Below are positions 1 through 9,806 of a stretch of 64,000 bases of DNA, one piece after another. Position 1 is the stretch's first letter, and each line of letters opens with the position of its first letter. Source of the DNA: an uncultured Chloroflexia bacterium (lineage in GTDB: Bacteria; Chloroflexota; Limnocylindria; Limnocylindrales; CSP1-4); NCBI GenBank assembly GCA_963766735.1, contig CAVYBU010000017.1, forward strand, positions 160,001-224,000, read 5' to 3'. A program made the translations under genes and the position numbers. The notes below the pieces were generated by a model. The model saw nothing but the letters and a program-made list of their open reading frames with translations, ran no database searches and had not been told where the DNA came from.

Positions 1-456
1 CGCCTTCGCCAGCCCGTCCTCGGACGTGGCGGCGATGGACGCGATGATGACGGGGGACGAGTTGATGTTGAGCGCGCTGACCTGTGGGGTCACCGTGGCG
101 GGCAAACCGACGTTCTGCAGGTTCTGCTCGATGGCCGCCCGGATCTCCTTGACGTCGGACCCGAACGAGAACTGCGCGATCACCAGGGACAACGAGTTCG
201 CCGACGTCGACTGCAGGCCCTCGAGGCGCGGCACGCCCGAGACGGCCCGCTCGATCGGCTTGGTCACCTGATCGGCGACGTCGGCGGCGCCCGCTCCGGG
301 GAGCGGCGCGATGACGGTGATGACCGGGAACTCGATGTCCGGCAGCAGCTCCTGCTTCAGGCCGCCCCACGCCAGGATGCCGGCGATGAACAGCGCCCCG
401 GCCAGCATGAGCGTGACGCTCCGCTTGGCGACGGCGAACTCCGTGAGACGGCTCAT
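1..456 (-). CDS. RND efflux transporter permease (AcrB/AcrD/AcrF family), N-terminal part, runs off the window edge
   Basis: Manual translation from ATG 456: MSRLTEFAVAKRSVTLMLAGALFIAGILAWGGLKQELLPDIEFPVITVIAPLPGAGAADVADQVTKPIERAV, a typical RND N-terminus; ATGA overlap with the upstream MarR stop. Confidence 0.88.
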   Translation of the reverse strand, partial: MSRLTEFAVAKRSVTLMLAGALFIAGILAWGGLKQELLPDIEFPVITVIAPLPGAGAADVADQVTKPIERAVSGVPRLEGLQSTSANSLSLVIAQFSFGSDVKEIRAAIEQNLQNVGLPATVTPQVSALNINSSPVIIASIAATSEDGLAKA

Positions 457-917
457 GTCTGATCCTTTCGGGTGGGCGACGGGCGGGGGGACGCGGGCAG
501 GGAAGCTGAGGCGAGGCGGCTGGCGGCGGTGGCCAAGGCGGCGAGGGCGTCCCTCACCTTGGCGAGGTCCTGGTCACCGAGGAGCTCGAGCAACTCGCGC
601 ATCTGGCGGGCGTTGAGCTCCCGGAAGCGATCGATGAAGTCGAGTCCGGCCGGCGTGAGGGCGACGACCACCTGGCGGCGGTCGACGGGATCGTCGTGGC
701 GGGAGGCGAGGCCCTGGTCCACCACCTTGTCGACGAGCCCGCTGATCGTGGACAGCGAGACACCGAGGCGATGGACGAGATCGGACATGTGAAGCTCGCC
801 GGCCGCACCGAGGAGGTACAGGAGCTTGGCCTGGGGCATCGTGATGGCGATCTCCAGGAACTCCGGTGCGTGACTGCCGGCGAGGCGCTGCATGAGCGCC
901 TCGTAGCCCGCGATCAC
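453..917 (-). CDS. MarR family transcriptional regulator
   Basis: wHTH signature ITMPQAKLL..MSDLVHRLGVSLSTISGLVDKVVDQGLASRHDDPVDRRQVVVALTPAG; true start may be 953 (see findings). Confidence 0.9.
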   Translation of the reverse strand: MIAGYEALMQRLAGSHAPEFLEIAITMPQAKLLYLLGAAGELHMSDLVHRLGVSLSTISGLVDKVVDQGLASRHDDPVDRRQVVVALTPAGLDFIDRFRELNARQMRELLELLGDQDLAKVRDALAALATAASRLASASLPASPRPSPTRKDQT

Positions 918-977
918 CTCGTCGACGACGGTGGAGCGATCGGTCTGCGTGATGGCTTGATCCTTCGCGTGTGACTG

Positions 978-1000
978 ATGGTTCGGTCACACCGAACCAT
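978..1000. promoter_or_regulatory. Perfect inverted repeat, probable MarR operator
   Basis: ATGGTTCGGT-CAC-ACCGAACCAT (10-bp arms) just upstream of the marR-RND operon. Confidence 0.65.
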
Positions 1001-1078
1001 TCGGCCGAGACGATACATCGGATCGGCGAGTGTCGCCGATGACCCGTCCATCCGCCGGCGAGGCGTACCATCGGTCCG

Positions 1079-2380
1079 GTGACCCAGCAGCCCCGCGCCG
1101 TCTCTGCCGCGGCCGCGCGCCGCTTCCTCGTCGCGAGGCACCTCCTCGCCCCGCCTCGGTCGCTCCCGCCGGAGCCCGCGTCGGTCTTGCGTGTGATGGA
1201 CCGGCTCGGCTCCCTCCAGTTCGACCCCCTCGAGGTCGCGGGCCGCAACCACGACCTGACGCTCCTCGCCCGTGTGGCCGGGTACCGCCGGCCCTGGACG
1301 GACGACCTCCTGTACCGGGATCGCGTCCTGTACGAGACGTACAACAAGATGCTGTCGCTCGTACCGACCGCGGAGCTGCCGTGGTACCGGCTGACGTGGG
1401 ACCAGAACCATGAGAGCCACACCGGCGGCGCCTTCGACGAGCACGCACCGCTCGTCGCGGAGCTGCTGGACCGGATCCGTGCAAACGGTCCGCTGAGTTC
1501 CACGGACGTGGTGCCGCGTGCGTCGATCGACTGGTACTGGCGTCCCACGAACCAGGTGCGCGCGATCCTGGAGGCGCTGGGCGAGGCCGGCATCCTGGCG
1601 ATCTCCCGCCGCGAGGGCAACCGCCGCATCTACGACCTCACGGAGCGCCTCTTTCCGGCTGATCTCCTGGCCAGGCGCCCACCGGAGCGCGAGCAGCGCC
1701 GCCACAAGCTCCTCTCCCGGTACCGCGGCAACGGCATGCTGGGGGCAACGGGCGAGTACACGCTCTGGTACGGGACGGGCGACGCGGCCGGCCGGAGCAG
1801 CCTGAGGGCCGAGCTGGTCGACATGGGCGCGCTGCTCCCCGTGACCGTGGAGGGCGTGCGCGGCACGCGGTTCGTCGTCGCGGACGAGACCCCGATCCTG
1901 GACGCCGCCGAGGCCGAGCTGGCGATGGAGGCTGCCGGTGCAGGGGCGGGAGGAACCTGGCGGATCGGGCGCCCGGGCGGCGTGGACGCCGGCGCCGTCT
2001 TCCTGGCGCCGCTCGACCCGCTTGCCTGGGACCGGGACCTGCTCCTGCGCCTGTGGGGCTTCGACTACCGCTGGGAGGTCTACGTCCCGGCCGCGAAGCG
2101 GCGCTGGGGCTACTACGTCCTGCCACTCCTGTACGGTGACCGGTTCGTGGGCAGGATCGAGCCCCGCATCGACCGCAGGACCGGCACGCTGCGGATCCTC
2201 GGGCTGTGGTGGGAGGATGGCTTCGACCCGCTGGATGGGGCGAACCCCGGGTTCGCCGACGCGTTTGCCGACGCGCTGCGGGCGCACATGGCGTTCGCGG
2301 GTCTCACGAAGGTGGTCATGCCCAGGGTCGTCCGACACCGGGCGTTCGCGGCGGCGGTCAGGGAGCGCATCCGGCGGTAG
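1079..2380 (+). CDS. Crosslink-repair DNA glycosylase, YcaQ-like (HTH_42 family)
   Basis: LGSLQFDPL (QxD motif); C-terminal LAPLDPLAWDR..GFDYRWEVYVPAAKRRWGYYVLPLLYGDRFVGRIEPR. Confidence 0.88.
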   Translation: MTQQPRAVSAAAARRFLVARHLLAPPRSLPPEPASVLRVMDRLGSLQFDPLEVAGRNHDLTLLARVAGYRRPWTDDLLYRDRVLYETYNKMLSLVPTAELPWYRLTWDQNHESHTGGAFDEHAPLVAELLDRIRANGPLSSTDVVPRASIDWYWRPTNQVRAILEALGEAGILAISRREGNRRIYDLTERLFPADLLARRPPEREQRRHKLLSRYRGNGMLGATGEYTLWYGTGDAAGRSSLRAELVDMGALLPVTVEGVRGTRFVVADETPILDAAEAELAMEAAGAGAGGTWRIGRPGGVDAGAVFLAPLDPLAWDRDLLLRLWGFDYRWEVYVPAAKRRWGYYVLPLLYGDRFVGRIEPRIDRRTGTLRILGLWWEDGFDPLDGANPGFADAFADALRAHMAFAGLTKVVMPRVVRHRAFAAAVRERIRR

Positions 2381-2389
2381 AGGTATCGA

Positions 2390-2452
2390 AGCCGCTCAGC
2401 CGGCGCCGGCAGTACCGGAGCCGCCTGGCCGGAGCCGCTCAGCCGGCGCCGG
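2390..2452. repeat. 20-bp direct repeat (43-bp period) spanning the cysN stop codon
   Basis: AGCCGCTCAGCCGGCGCCGG at 2390-2409 and 2433-2452. Confidence 0.8.
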
Positions 2453-3707
2453 TGGCTCGCCCGATCATCCCGACCGCGACGGTCCGGTTGCTGCTCTCGT
2501 CGACCAGGATGAAGGCGCCCGTCTGGCGGTTCTGCTGGTAGGGGTCCACGAACAGCGGCTGCGTGACGCGGAGCTGGATGCGGCCGATCTCGTTGAGCAC
2601 AAGCTCGGTCGCCTGCTCCTCGCGGTGCAACGTGTTCACGTTGACGCGGTAGTTGAGCTCCTTCACCACGGCCCTTGCCCAGCGGGTCGTGTGCTTGATG
2701 GCGTACCGGCGGCCGACGGCCAGCGGCGCGTTCTCGTCCATCCAGCAGACCTGCGCGTCGAGATCCTGCACGACGTTGGGCATGTTGTGCGGGCGACACA
2801 GCATGTCGCCCCGGCTGATGTCAAGGTCGTCGGCCAGCGTGAGCGTGACGGCCATTGGCGGGAAGGCCTCGTCCACGGGTCCATCCGCCGTCTCGATCGA
2901 GGCGATCGTCGTCTCCAGGCCGCTCGGCAGGGCGGTCACCCGGTCGCCGGCCCGGAGCACGCCCGACGCCACGGTGCCCGCGTAGCCCCGGTAGTCCACG
3001 ACCTCGAACGATTGCGGCCGGATCACGTACTGCACCGGGAACCGGACGTCGACGAAGTTGCGGTCGCTCGCCACGTGCAGCCGCTCCAGGTGGCTGAGCA
3101 GCGGCGACGCGTCGTACCAGGGCGTGTTTGTGGAGCGGGCGACGACGTTGTCGCCGTGCAGCGCGGAGATCGGGATGAACGTCATGTCCCGCACCCGCAG
3201 CCGGGTGGCAAACTCGGCGAACTCGTCCCTGATCCGCTCGAACACGGCTTCCGAGAAGTCCACCAGGTCCATCTTGTTGATGCACACCACGAGGTGGGGC
3301 ACGCCCAGAAGGGTGGCGAGGAAGGCGTGCCGCCTGCTCTGCTCGGTGATGCCCTTCCGGGCGTCGATCAGGATCAGGGCGACGTCCGCGGTCGAGGCAC
3401 CGGTGACCATGTTGCGGGTGTACTGGGTGTGCCCCGGGGTGTCGGCGATGATGAACCTGCGCCTCGGTGTCGCGAAGTAGCGGTAGGCGACGTCGATCGT
3501 GATGCCCTGCTCCCGTTCCGCCCGCAGGCCGTCGGTCAGCAGGGCCAGGTCGGTGTAGTCGTTGCCCCGGTCTCGGCTGACCCGCTCGACCGACTCCAGC
3601 TGGTCGCTGAACAGCGACTTGGAGTCGTACAGGAGACGACCGATCAGCGTGCTCTTGCCGTCGTCGACGGAGCCAGCGGTCGCGAACCGGAGCAGGTCGG
3701 CGGGCAT
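2439..3707 (-). CDS. cysN: Sulfate adenylyltransferase subunit 1 (GTPase), without APS-kinase domain
   Basis: LLRFATAGSVDDGKSTLIGRLLYDSK, REQGITIDVAYRYF, DTPGH, NKMD; TGATG coupling to cysD. Confidence 0.95.
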   Translation of the reverse strand: MPADLLRFATAGSVDDGKSTLIGRLLYDSKSLFSDQLESVERVSRDRGNDYTDLALLTDGLRAEREQGITIDVAYRYFATPRRRFIIADTPGHTQYTRNMVTGASTADVALILIDARKGITEQSRRHAFLATLLGVPHLVVCINKMDLVDFSEAVFERIRDEFAEFATRLRVRDMTFIPISALHGDNVVARSTNTPWYDASPLLSHLERLHVASDRNFVDVRFPVQYVIRPQSFEVVDYRGYAGTVASGVLRAGDRVTALPSGLETTIASIETADGPVDEAFPPMAVTLTLADDLDISRGDMLCRPHNMPNVVQDLDAQVCWMDENAPLAVGRRYAIKHTTRWARAVVKELNYRVNVNTLHREEQATELVLNEIGRIQLRVTQPLFVDPYQQNRQTGAFILVDESSNRTVAVGMIGRATGAG

Positions 3708-4609
3708 CAGAAGTAGCCCTCCTTCTTCCGGTCTTCCATCGCGGCCTCGCTCACCCTGTCGTCGCCGCGCGTCGCGCCGCGCTCGGTGATCCGCACGGCG
3801 GCGATCTCGGCCACGATCTTGTCCACCGTGTCGGCGTCGGACTCGACGGCAGCCGTCAGGTTGGCGTCTCCGATCGTCCGGTAGCGGACCCGGCGCACCT
3901 CCGGGGTCTCGCCCGGACGGAGCGGGACGAACCGGTTGGATCCATACAGCATCCCGCCCCGCTCGACGACCTCGCGCTCGGCGGCCAGGTAGAGGCCGGG
4001 GATCTCGATCTGCTCCTCGGCGATGTAGGTCCACACGTCGAGCTCGGTCCAGTTCGACAGCGGAAACACGCGGATGCTCTCCGCCGGGAACACGCGGCCG
4101 TTGTACAGGCTCCACAGCTCCGGGCGCTGGTTCTTCGGGTCCCACTGGCCAAACTCGTCGCGGAACGAGAACACGCGCTCCTTGGCCCGCGCCTTCTCCT
4201 CGTCCCGGCGACCGCCACCGAACAGGGCGTCGAACCCGTGCCGCTCCACGGCTTCCAGCAGCACCCGCGTCTGGATCCGGTTGCGCGATCCGTTGGGCTC
4301 CTCCGAAACGAGCCCGCGGTCGATCGCGTCCTGCACCGACGCGACCACGAGCTGCAGACCGAGCTTCTCGATCCAGCCATTCCGGTAGGCAAGGATCTCG
4401 TCGAAGTTCAGGCCGGTGTCCACGTGCATGACCGGGAACGGGATGCGCGCCGGCGCGAATGCCTTGCGCGCAACGTGGAGCATGACGATCGAATCCTTGC
4501 CGCCCGAGAACAGGAGACACGGCCGCCGCATCTCGGCCCCGACTTCGCGGAAGATGTGGATGCTCTCCGCCTCGAGGCTGCGCAGGTGGCTCAGGGCGTG
4601 TGTGTTCAC
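3707..4609 (-). CDS. cysD: Sulfate adenylyltransferase subunit 2
   Basis: LEAESIHIFRE, LFSGGKDS, RRDEEKARAKER, QRPELW, C-terminal MEDRKKEGYF. Confidence 0.96.
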   Translation of the reverse strand: MNTHALSHLRSLEAESIHIFREVGAEMRRPCLLFSGGKDSIVMLHVARKAFAPARIPFPVMHVDTGLNFDEILAYRNGWIEKLGLQLVVASVQDAIDRGLVSEEPNGSRNRIQTRVLLEAVERHGFDALFGGGRRDEEKARAKERVFSFRDEFGQWDPKNQRPELWSLYNGRVFPAESIRVFPLSNWTELDVWTYIAEEQIEIPGLYLAAEREVVERGGMLYGSNRFVPLRPGETPEVRRVRYRTIGDANLTAAVESDADTVDKIVAEIAAVRITERGATRGDDRVSEAAMEDRKKEGYF

Positions 4610-4742
4610 GGGCGGTGGATGATCCGCGTCACGTTCGGCGTGCTCCTTGTCGTGGGCTCGCGGCGGTCCGGCAAGTCCCTGACGTTATCATCGCTGGCAT
4701 GCCAGCCACGCTGCCGACCCCCCCGATCGTGCCGGAGGCACC

Positions 4743-5690
4743 ATGAGCCTCGACGTCCCGCTCGCGGTCGGCGGGCTCCTGGTCGGGGTCGTCGTCGGGT
4801 TGACCGGCATGGGCGGCGGGGCGTTGATGACTCCCATGCTCGTGTTCCTGTTCAAGGTCGATCCGCTGACGGCGATCTCCAGCGACATCGTGGTCAGCCT
4901 GTTCATGAAGCCCGCCGGCGCCTTCGTGCACCTGCGCCGGGGCACGGTCAATCTCAGGCTGGTGGGATGGCTGTGCCTGGGTTCGGTCCCCGCGGCCTTC
5001 TCCGGCGCCTTCCTCATCAGCCTCGTGCCCTCGAGCGTGCCGCTGGACGCGGTCCTCAAGCACGCCCTCGGCGTCGCGCTGCTGGTCGCAACGGCGGGCC
5101 TGATCGCGCGGGCCGGGTTCCAGATGTGGCGCAAGCGCCTTCCCCTCGGTGAGGGGCCTGCGAAGATGGCCCGGCCCGAGGTCGTGCTGCGGCCGATGCC
5201 CACGGTGCTCATCGGTGCGATCGCCGGCCTCATGGTGGGCCTCACCTCCGTCGGGGCGGGGTCCATCGTCATCGTGGTGCTGCTGTTCATGTACCCCGCG
5301 TTGAAGGCGTCTTCCCTGGTGGGCACTGACCTGACCCAGGCGATCCCGCTGGTCGCCGCGGCAGCCGTCGGCCATCTCCTGTTCGGGAGCTTCTCGATGA
5401 CGGTGGCATCATCGCTGCTGGTGGGGGCTGTCCCGGGTGCCTGGATCGGGGCCCACGCGTCAAGCCGCGCGCCCGGCGGGCTCATTCGCCGCATCCTGGC
5501 GGTTCTCCTGCTGGCTTCGGGGCTGAAGCTGCTCGATGTCCCGTCGGAGCTGGTGCTCGCGGCCGCGGTTGGGGCCCTCGTCTTCGGCAACCTGGCCTGG
5601 ATCGTCATTCGCCGCCGCGTCGCTCCGCGACCAGCCGCCCGACGGGTCGCCGAGGAAGCCCGGGTCGAGCCCGGGGCACCTGTCTCGTGA
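4743..5690 (+). CDS. TauE/SafE family sulfite/sulfur-compound exporter
   Basis: GLTGMGGGALMTP, GLTSVGAGS, VGTDLTQA; hydrophobic helices; GGAGG RBS. Confidence 0.9.
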   Translation: MSLDVPLAVGGLLVGVVVGLTGMGGGALMTPMLVFLFKVDPLTAISSDIVVSLFMKPAGAFVHLRRGTVNLRLVGWLCLGSVPAAFSGAFLISLVPSSVPLDAVLKHALGVALLVATAGLIARAGFQMWRKRLPLGEGPAKMARPEVVLRPMPTVLIGAIAGLMVGLTSVGAGSIVIVVLLFMYPALKASSLVGTDLTQAIPLVAAAAVGHLLFGSFSMTVASSLLVGAVPGAWIGAHASSRAPGGLIRRILAVLLLASGLKLLDVPSELVLAAAVGALVFGNLAWIVIRRRVAPRPAARRVAEEARVEPGAPVS

Positions 5691-5706
5691 CGATGGTTCC
5701 CGTCGC

Positions 5707-7077
5707 GTGACCGACCAATTCGCCGGCGACGACCTGGCCGACGTCGCCGGAGTCCCGCATCTCGCGCTGGACGACGACGATCTCGACGTCCTCGAACTGG
5801 TGCTGACCGGGGCGCTGCCGGAGCTGCCGTCGCTCGAGGGATGGCCGGACGGGTCCCACGTCGTGCTCACCGACGTCGAGGGAACTCCGTTGGCCAGCGT
5901 CGGACGCCAGGCTGTCGCCGGGTCCGTCCCCAGTGCTCTCCGTTCGCTTGCCCGGGCCGGGGGCATGCTTTGGGATCCGGTGATCCGGCGCCCCGCTTCC
6001 GAGGTTCGGGCCGGGCTGGCGAATGGCCCGCACGAGGATGATGTGCTGGCCCTGATCGTGGACGACGTGCCGACCGTGGCCGACGTAGCCGCGATGGGAC
6101 GGGCGGCCGGCGGTCCGGGCATCCGGGCCGTGCTCGTCGTTGTGCTGGCCGCGCGGCGCGCTCGCCGCGTGGGACAGGTGAGCTGGGGTGGACTGGCTCG
6201 CGCGGCGGTGGCGGCCTCCGCGACGATCGCCGCGCAGCATCCGGCCACGCCCGTGTTGCCTCTGATCGTGCCCTGGCCCGACCGCGGCGCAGAGGTGCCC
6301 CCGGTCGGCGTGGTCCGCTTCGTCGGCGTGGTGCCCGACCTCGCCGCGGTGCTCGCCGCCTACGGAGCGCGGCAGGCCATGCGCGTGACGGGGCTCCGCA
6401 GCCCCGACGACGCCGAGCGTGTCGCGTCGCTGACGGGAGCACAGGAGAGGCTGGTCCGGGACCTGTACCCGCCGGAGTCGGCGCCGGACGTGCTGCGGGC
6501 CCTCGAGGCCGATCGGTCTGCACACCGCCGCGGCGCCGTCGTCCTGTTCACCGGGCTGTCGGGATCGGGCAAGTCCACGATCGCCCGCGCTCTCACCGAG
6601 GACCTTGCCGACCGCTGGTCGCGTGAGGTCACGCTGCTCGACGGCGACGAGGTTCGCCGCCACCTGTCGGCCGGCCTGGGCTTCGACGAGCGGTCGCGCG
6701 CAATCAACGTGGAGCGCATCGGCTACGTTGCGGCCCTGGTCGCCGAGCACGGGGGGATCGCCATCGCGGCGCCCATCGCCCCGTTCGCCTCAAGCCGGAG
6801 CCGCGTCCGCGAGATGGCCCGCCAGCACGGGGCGTTCGTGCTGGTCCACGTCGCCACGCCGCTTGACGTCTGCGAGGCCCGTGACCGCAAGGGCATGTAT
6901 GCCCGTGCCCGCGCCGGAGAGATCCCTGACTTCACCGGGATCTCGTCCCCGTACGAGGCGCCCGATGACGCCGACGTCGTGATCGACACGACGAGCACCA
7001 GCGTGGACGACGCCGTCAGCCTGGTCCGCGACACACTGGAGGACCGGCTTGCCGCGGCGAGGGTGCCGCCAGCCTGA
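5707..7077 (+). CDS. cysC: Adenylyl-sulfate kinase with a degenerate N-terminal Sat-like region
   Basis: C-terminal VLFTGLSGSGKSTIA, LLDGDEVR, APIAPF, RDRKGMYARARAGEIPDFTGISSPYEAP; start inferred at GTG 5707. Confidence 0.88.
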   Translation: MTDQFAGDDLADVAGVPHLALDDDDLDVLELVLTGALPELPSLEGWPDGSHVVLTDVEGTPLASVGRQAVAGSVPSALRSLARAGGMLWDPVIRRPASEVRAGLANGPHEDDVLALIVDDVPTVADVAAMGRAAGGPGIRAVLVVVLAARRARRVGQVSWGGLARAAVAASATIAAQHPATPVLPLIVPWPDRGAEVPPVGVVRFVGVVPDLAAVLAAYGARQAMRVTGLRSPDDAERVASLTGAQERLVRDLYPPESAPDVLRALEADRSAHRRGAVVLFTGLSGSGKSTIARALTEDLADRWSREVTLLDGDEVRRHLSAGLGFDERSRAINVERIGYVAALVAEHGGIAIAAPIAPFASSRSRVREMARQHGAFVLVHVATPLDVCEARDRKGMYARARAGEIPDFTGISSPYEAPDDADVVIDTTSTSVDDAVSLVRDTLEDRLAAARVPPA

Positions 7078-7111
7078 GCGTCCGCCGGCCAGTCGGGTCC
7101 GGGGCCGTGCC

Positions 7112-8356
7112 TCAGTCCGCGCGGCGGACGATCCCGCTGACGCGATCGCGCAGCGCGGTCCAGCTTGCCCCGGCCGCACGCATGACACGCAGGGCGACGA
7201 CAACGAGGACCCGCAAGGTCGGGACACGCGCCATCTCGATCGGCTCGGCGAACGGGAACCGTCCGGGGCCCTTCGCTTCGCGTCGGGCTCCCCCGGTTGC
7301 GATTAGGACGCCCATCGCCATCGATGCCGCGATCTCGGGCGAAAGGCTGACCTCCGGGCCGCGTGTGTCGTCGGCCCGGCCCTCCGGGGCCTGCGCCAGT
7401 GCCTCCAGGTCGCCGACCACCCGAACCCCGGAGGTCGCAATGGTGCCGATCATCTCGCGGGCGACCTCGCACGCGCGGTCGACCGCCCACTGTGGTGCCC
7501 GCACCGCTGGTTCGTCCGGCTCGGGCCTCCGGCGCTTCATGACCTGGGCGGCCCCGAGGCGCATGGCCCGGGCATGTTGCGCCTTGCTCAGGCCCTCGGC
7601 CTTGGCCGCGATGTTGAAGGCACGGACCGCCTCCGCCTCCGGCATCGTGAGCGAGCGGTTGGCCAGATCCGGGACGGTTGTCAGGGTGCCTCTTCTCAGG
7701 CCGAGAAGCTGCTCGAAGACACGCAGGACCATGTCGTGGTCGCGTTCATCGACCACGATCGCCGTGACGTTCTCGGGGCCCACGACCTCGGCCCAGCGCG
7801 CGATGAGCTCGTCGTGACGCTGCATGTACCAGAAGGCGCGTCTTGCGTCCCCCGGCGGCGGGTTGAATAGCCTGTCCAGCCAGGTGTCGAACGGCGTGGT
7901 CGTGCCGGACTGGACGACCTGCTGCCACATCGACGGGAGGATCCTGGCAAGCGGGCGCAGCGTGACCGCGATCTGGACACGGGAAGGGTCGAGGTCCTTG
8001 ACGATTCGCCGGATGGCGGCCGGATCTGCCCACGCGAAGTACTCGCTGCTGATCACAACCCGAGGCTCCTTCGCCCGCTCGATCTGGCGGACGAGGCCGT
8101 GCCAGCGGCGAATCGGCGGCGCCTCCTCCTCCGAGTAGGTCGACGCCTGGCCGGTGACGGCCCGGGCGGCTGCCGCGGGGTTTCGGTCCCGGCCCGCGTG
8201 TCGCACGCCCTGCTCCAGCATCGCCGGCCGCCCGACGTACAGTGCCGCCTGGAGCGACGTCGTGCCCGTCTTGTGAGGCCCGATGTGGATGAGCCGCGTC
8301 CCGCTGGGCAGGAGCAGCGTCCCGTCGTCAGCCGTTGGCGTCATGGAAACTGGCAC
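7112..8356 (-). CDS. Sulfotransferase-like P-loop protein
   Basis: N-terminal IHIGPHKTGTTSLQ (PAPS-binding-loop-like), ISSE, LRPLARILPSMWQQ, late NRSL; AAGGAG RBS; adjacent to PAPS genes. Confidence 0.6.
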   Translation of the reverse strand: MPVSMTPTADDGTLLLPSGTRLIHIGPHKTGTTSLQAALYVGRPAMLEQGVRHAGRDRNPAAAARAVTGQASTYSEEEAPPIRRWHGLVRQIERAKEPRVVISSEYFAWADPAAIRRIVKDLDPSRVQIAVTLRPLARILPSMWQQVVQSGTTTPFDTWLDRLFNPPPGDARRAFWYMQRHDELIARWAEVVGPENVTAIVVDERDHDMVLRVFEQLLGLRRGTLTTVPDLANRSLTMPEAEAVRAFNIAAKAEGLSKAQHARAMRLGAAQVMKRRRPEPDEPAVRAPQWAVDRACEVAREMIGTIATSGVRVVGDLEALAQAPEGRADDTRGPEVSLSPEIAASMAMGVLIATGGARREAKGPGRFPFAEPIEMARVPTLRVLVVVALRVMRAAGASWTALRDRVSGIVRRAD

Positions 8357-8490
8357 ATCTTCTCCTTCTGCGAACCCACCCCAACCATACCGGGCCTGCG
8401 CGGGCCCGTGGGCAACCGGACGATCGCCTGGCGGGCGCGACGTCGTTCCGGCCCCGTTTCGGCGACCATCCCGGGTGCTAGATTCGGGCG

Positions 8491-9719
8491 ATGGGCATCC
8501 GGATCCGCAACCTCGCCCCGGAGGAGCTGGGCTCCTTCATCGAGGTGATCAGCACCGCGTTTCTGGACCGGCCGGACGTGGCGCGCGTCGCCGAGGTCAT
8601 CAGACCCCGGTGGGAGCCCGCGCGAACGTGGGGTGCCTTCGACGGGGATCGCCTGTGCGGCACGTTCAGATCCTCGACGACGGAGCTCACGGTTCCAGGC
8701 GGTGCCCTCCTGCCGGGATCGGCGATCTCGGCCGTCACGGTCCTGCCGACGCATCGGCGCCGCGGGATCCTGACCGGCATGATGACCGCGGAGCACGCGG
8801 CGATCCGTGAGCGCGGAGAGGCTGTCGGGCTGCTCTACTCGGCGGAGTACGCGATCTACGGCAGGTTCGGGTACGGGCCCGCCTGCCGGACCGCGACCTG
8901 GACGTTGGATGCCGCCGCGACGGGGTTCCACGGGGCGCCCGTGTCCGGCGTCGAGCTGGCGTCGCCGGGCCCGGAGAGTCGCGACGCGATGATGGCCGTA
9001 TTCGATGCCTGGCGCGCGCGTCAGCCGGGCGAGATCGGGCGGCGTCCGCACCGGTGGGACGATGACCTGGGGCTGGTGGACTCACCCTGGGGCGAGCGCT
9101 GGAAGGGTTTCCTCGCCTTCCATCGGGATGCGGCGGGCGCCGTCGATGGCTACGCCCGGTACCGGGCGGAGCAGAAGTGGGAGCACCGCCAGCCGCGGAG
9201 CACGCTCTCGGTCAACGAGCTCCACGCGCTCACCGACGCGGCCCGTCTCGCCCTGTGGCGGTTCCTCGCCGAGACCGATCTCGTCTCGACCGTCGTCGCC
9301 GAGGGCCGCAGCCCGTCGGACCCGTTGCCCTGGATGCTGACGAACGCGCGAGCGGCTCGCGTCACGGACATCGGCGATGGCCTCTGGGTCCGGCTGTTCG
9401 ACGTGGGGCGGGCTCTCGAGGCGCGCACGTACGAGGTGGCCGGCAGCCTCGTGCTGGAGGTGGTGGATGCTGCCGCCGACGGAGGTCGATCGCGGCTGGC
9501 CCTGGATGCGGGACCCGATGGTGCCACGTGCCGCCCGACGGACTGGACGCGGATCTCGTGGTGCCGGTGGCGGCCCTCGGCTCGGCGTACCTCGGCGGAA
9601 CCCGCCTCCGCGATGCCGTCCTTGGGACCGGGTTCGAGGAGCTGACGCCCGGAGCCCTGGCCGCGGCGGACCGGCTCTTCCGCGCCGCCGACGAGCCCTG
9701 GTGTTCGTCCGGCTTCTGA
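8491..9719 (+). CDS. Eis-family GNAT acetyltransferase, 1-bp frameshift near 9543
   Basis: AVTVLPTHRRRGIL, LYSAEYAIYGRFGYG, DGLWVRLFDV; the C-terminal SCP-like tail ALGSAYLGG..PWCSSGF continues in another frame. Confidence 0.88.
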
Positions 9720-9806
9720 TCGCTTCCGTCGCCCCGATGCGGGTATGATCGGCTCAGCGCCCGCGCTGCGGTGCCGCGCCCACAACACAGTGAGGGAATG
9801 TCGCCC

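Noticed and set aside
2439-4520. 693-aa ORF as an N-terminally extended CysN
   Set aside because: The extension is an out-of-frame shadow of cysD; the real start is ATG 3707, coupled to the cysD stop
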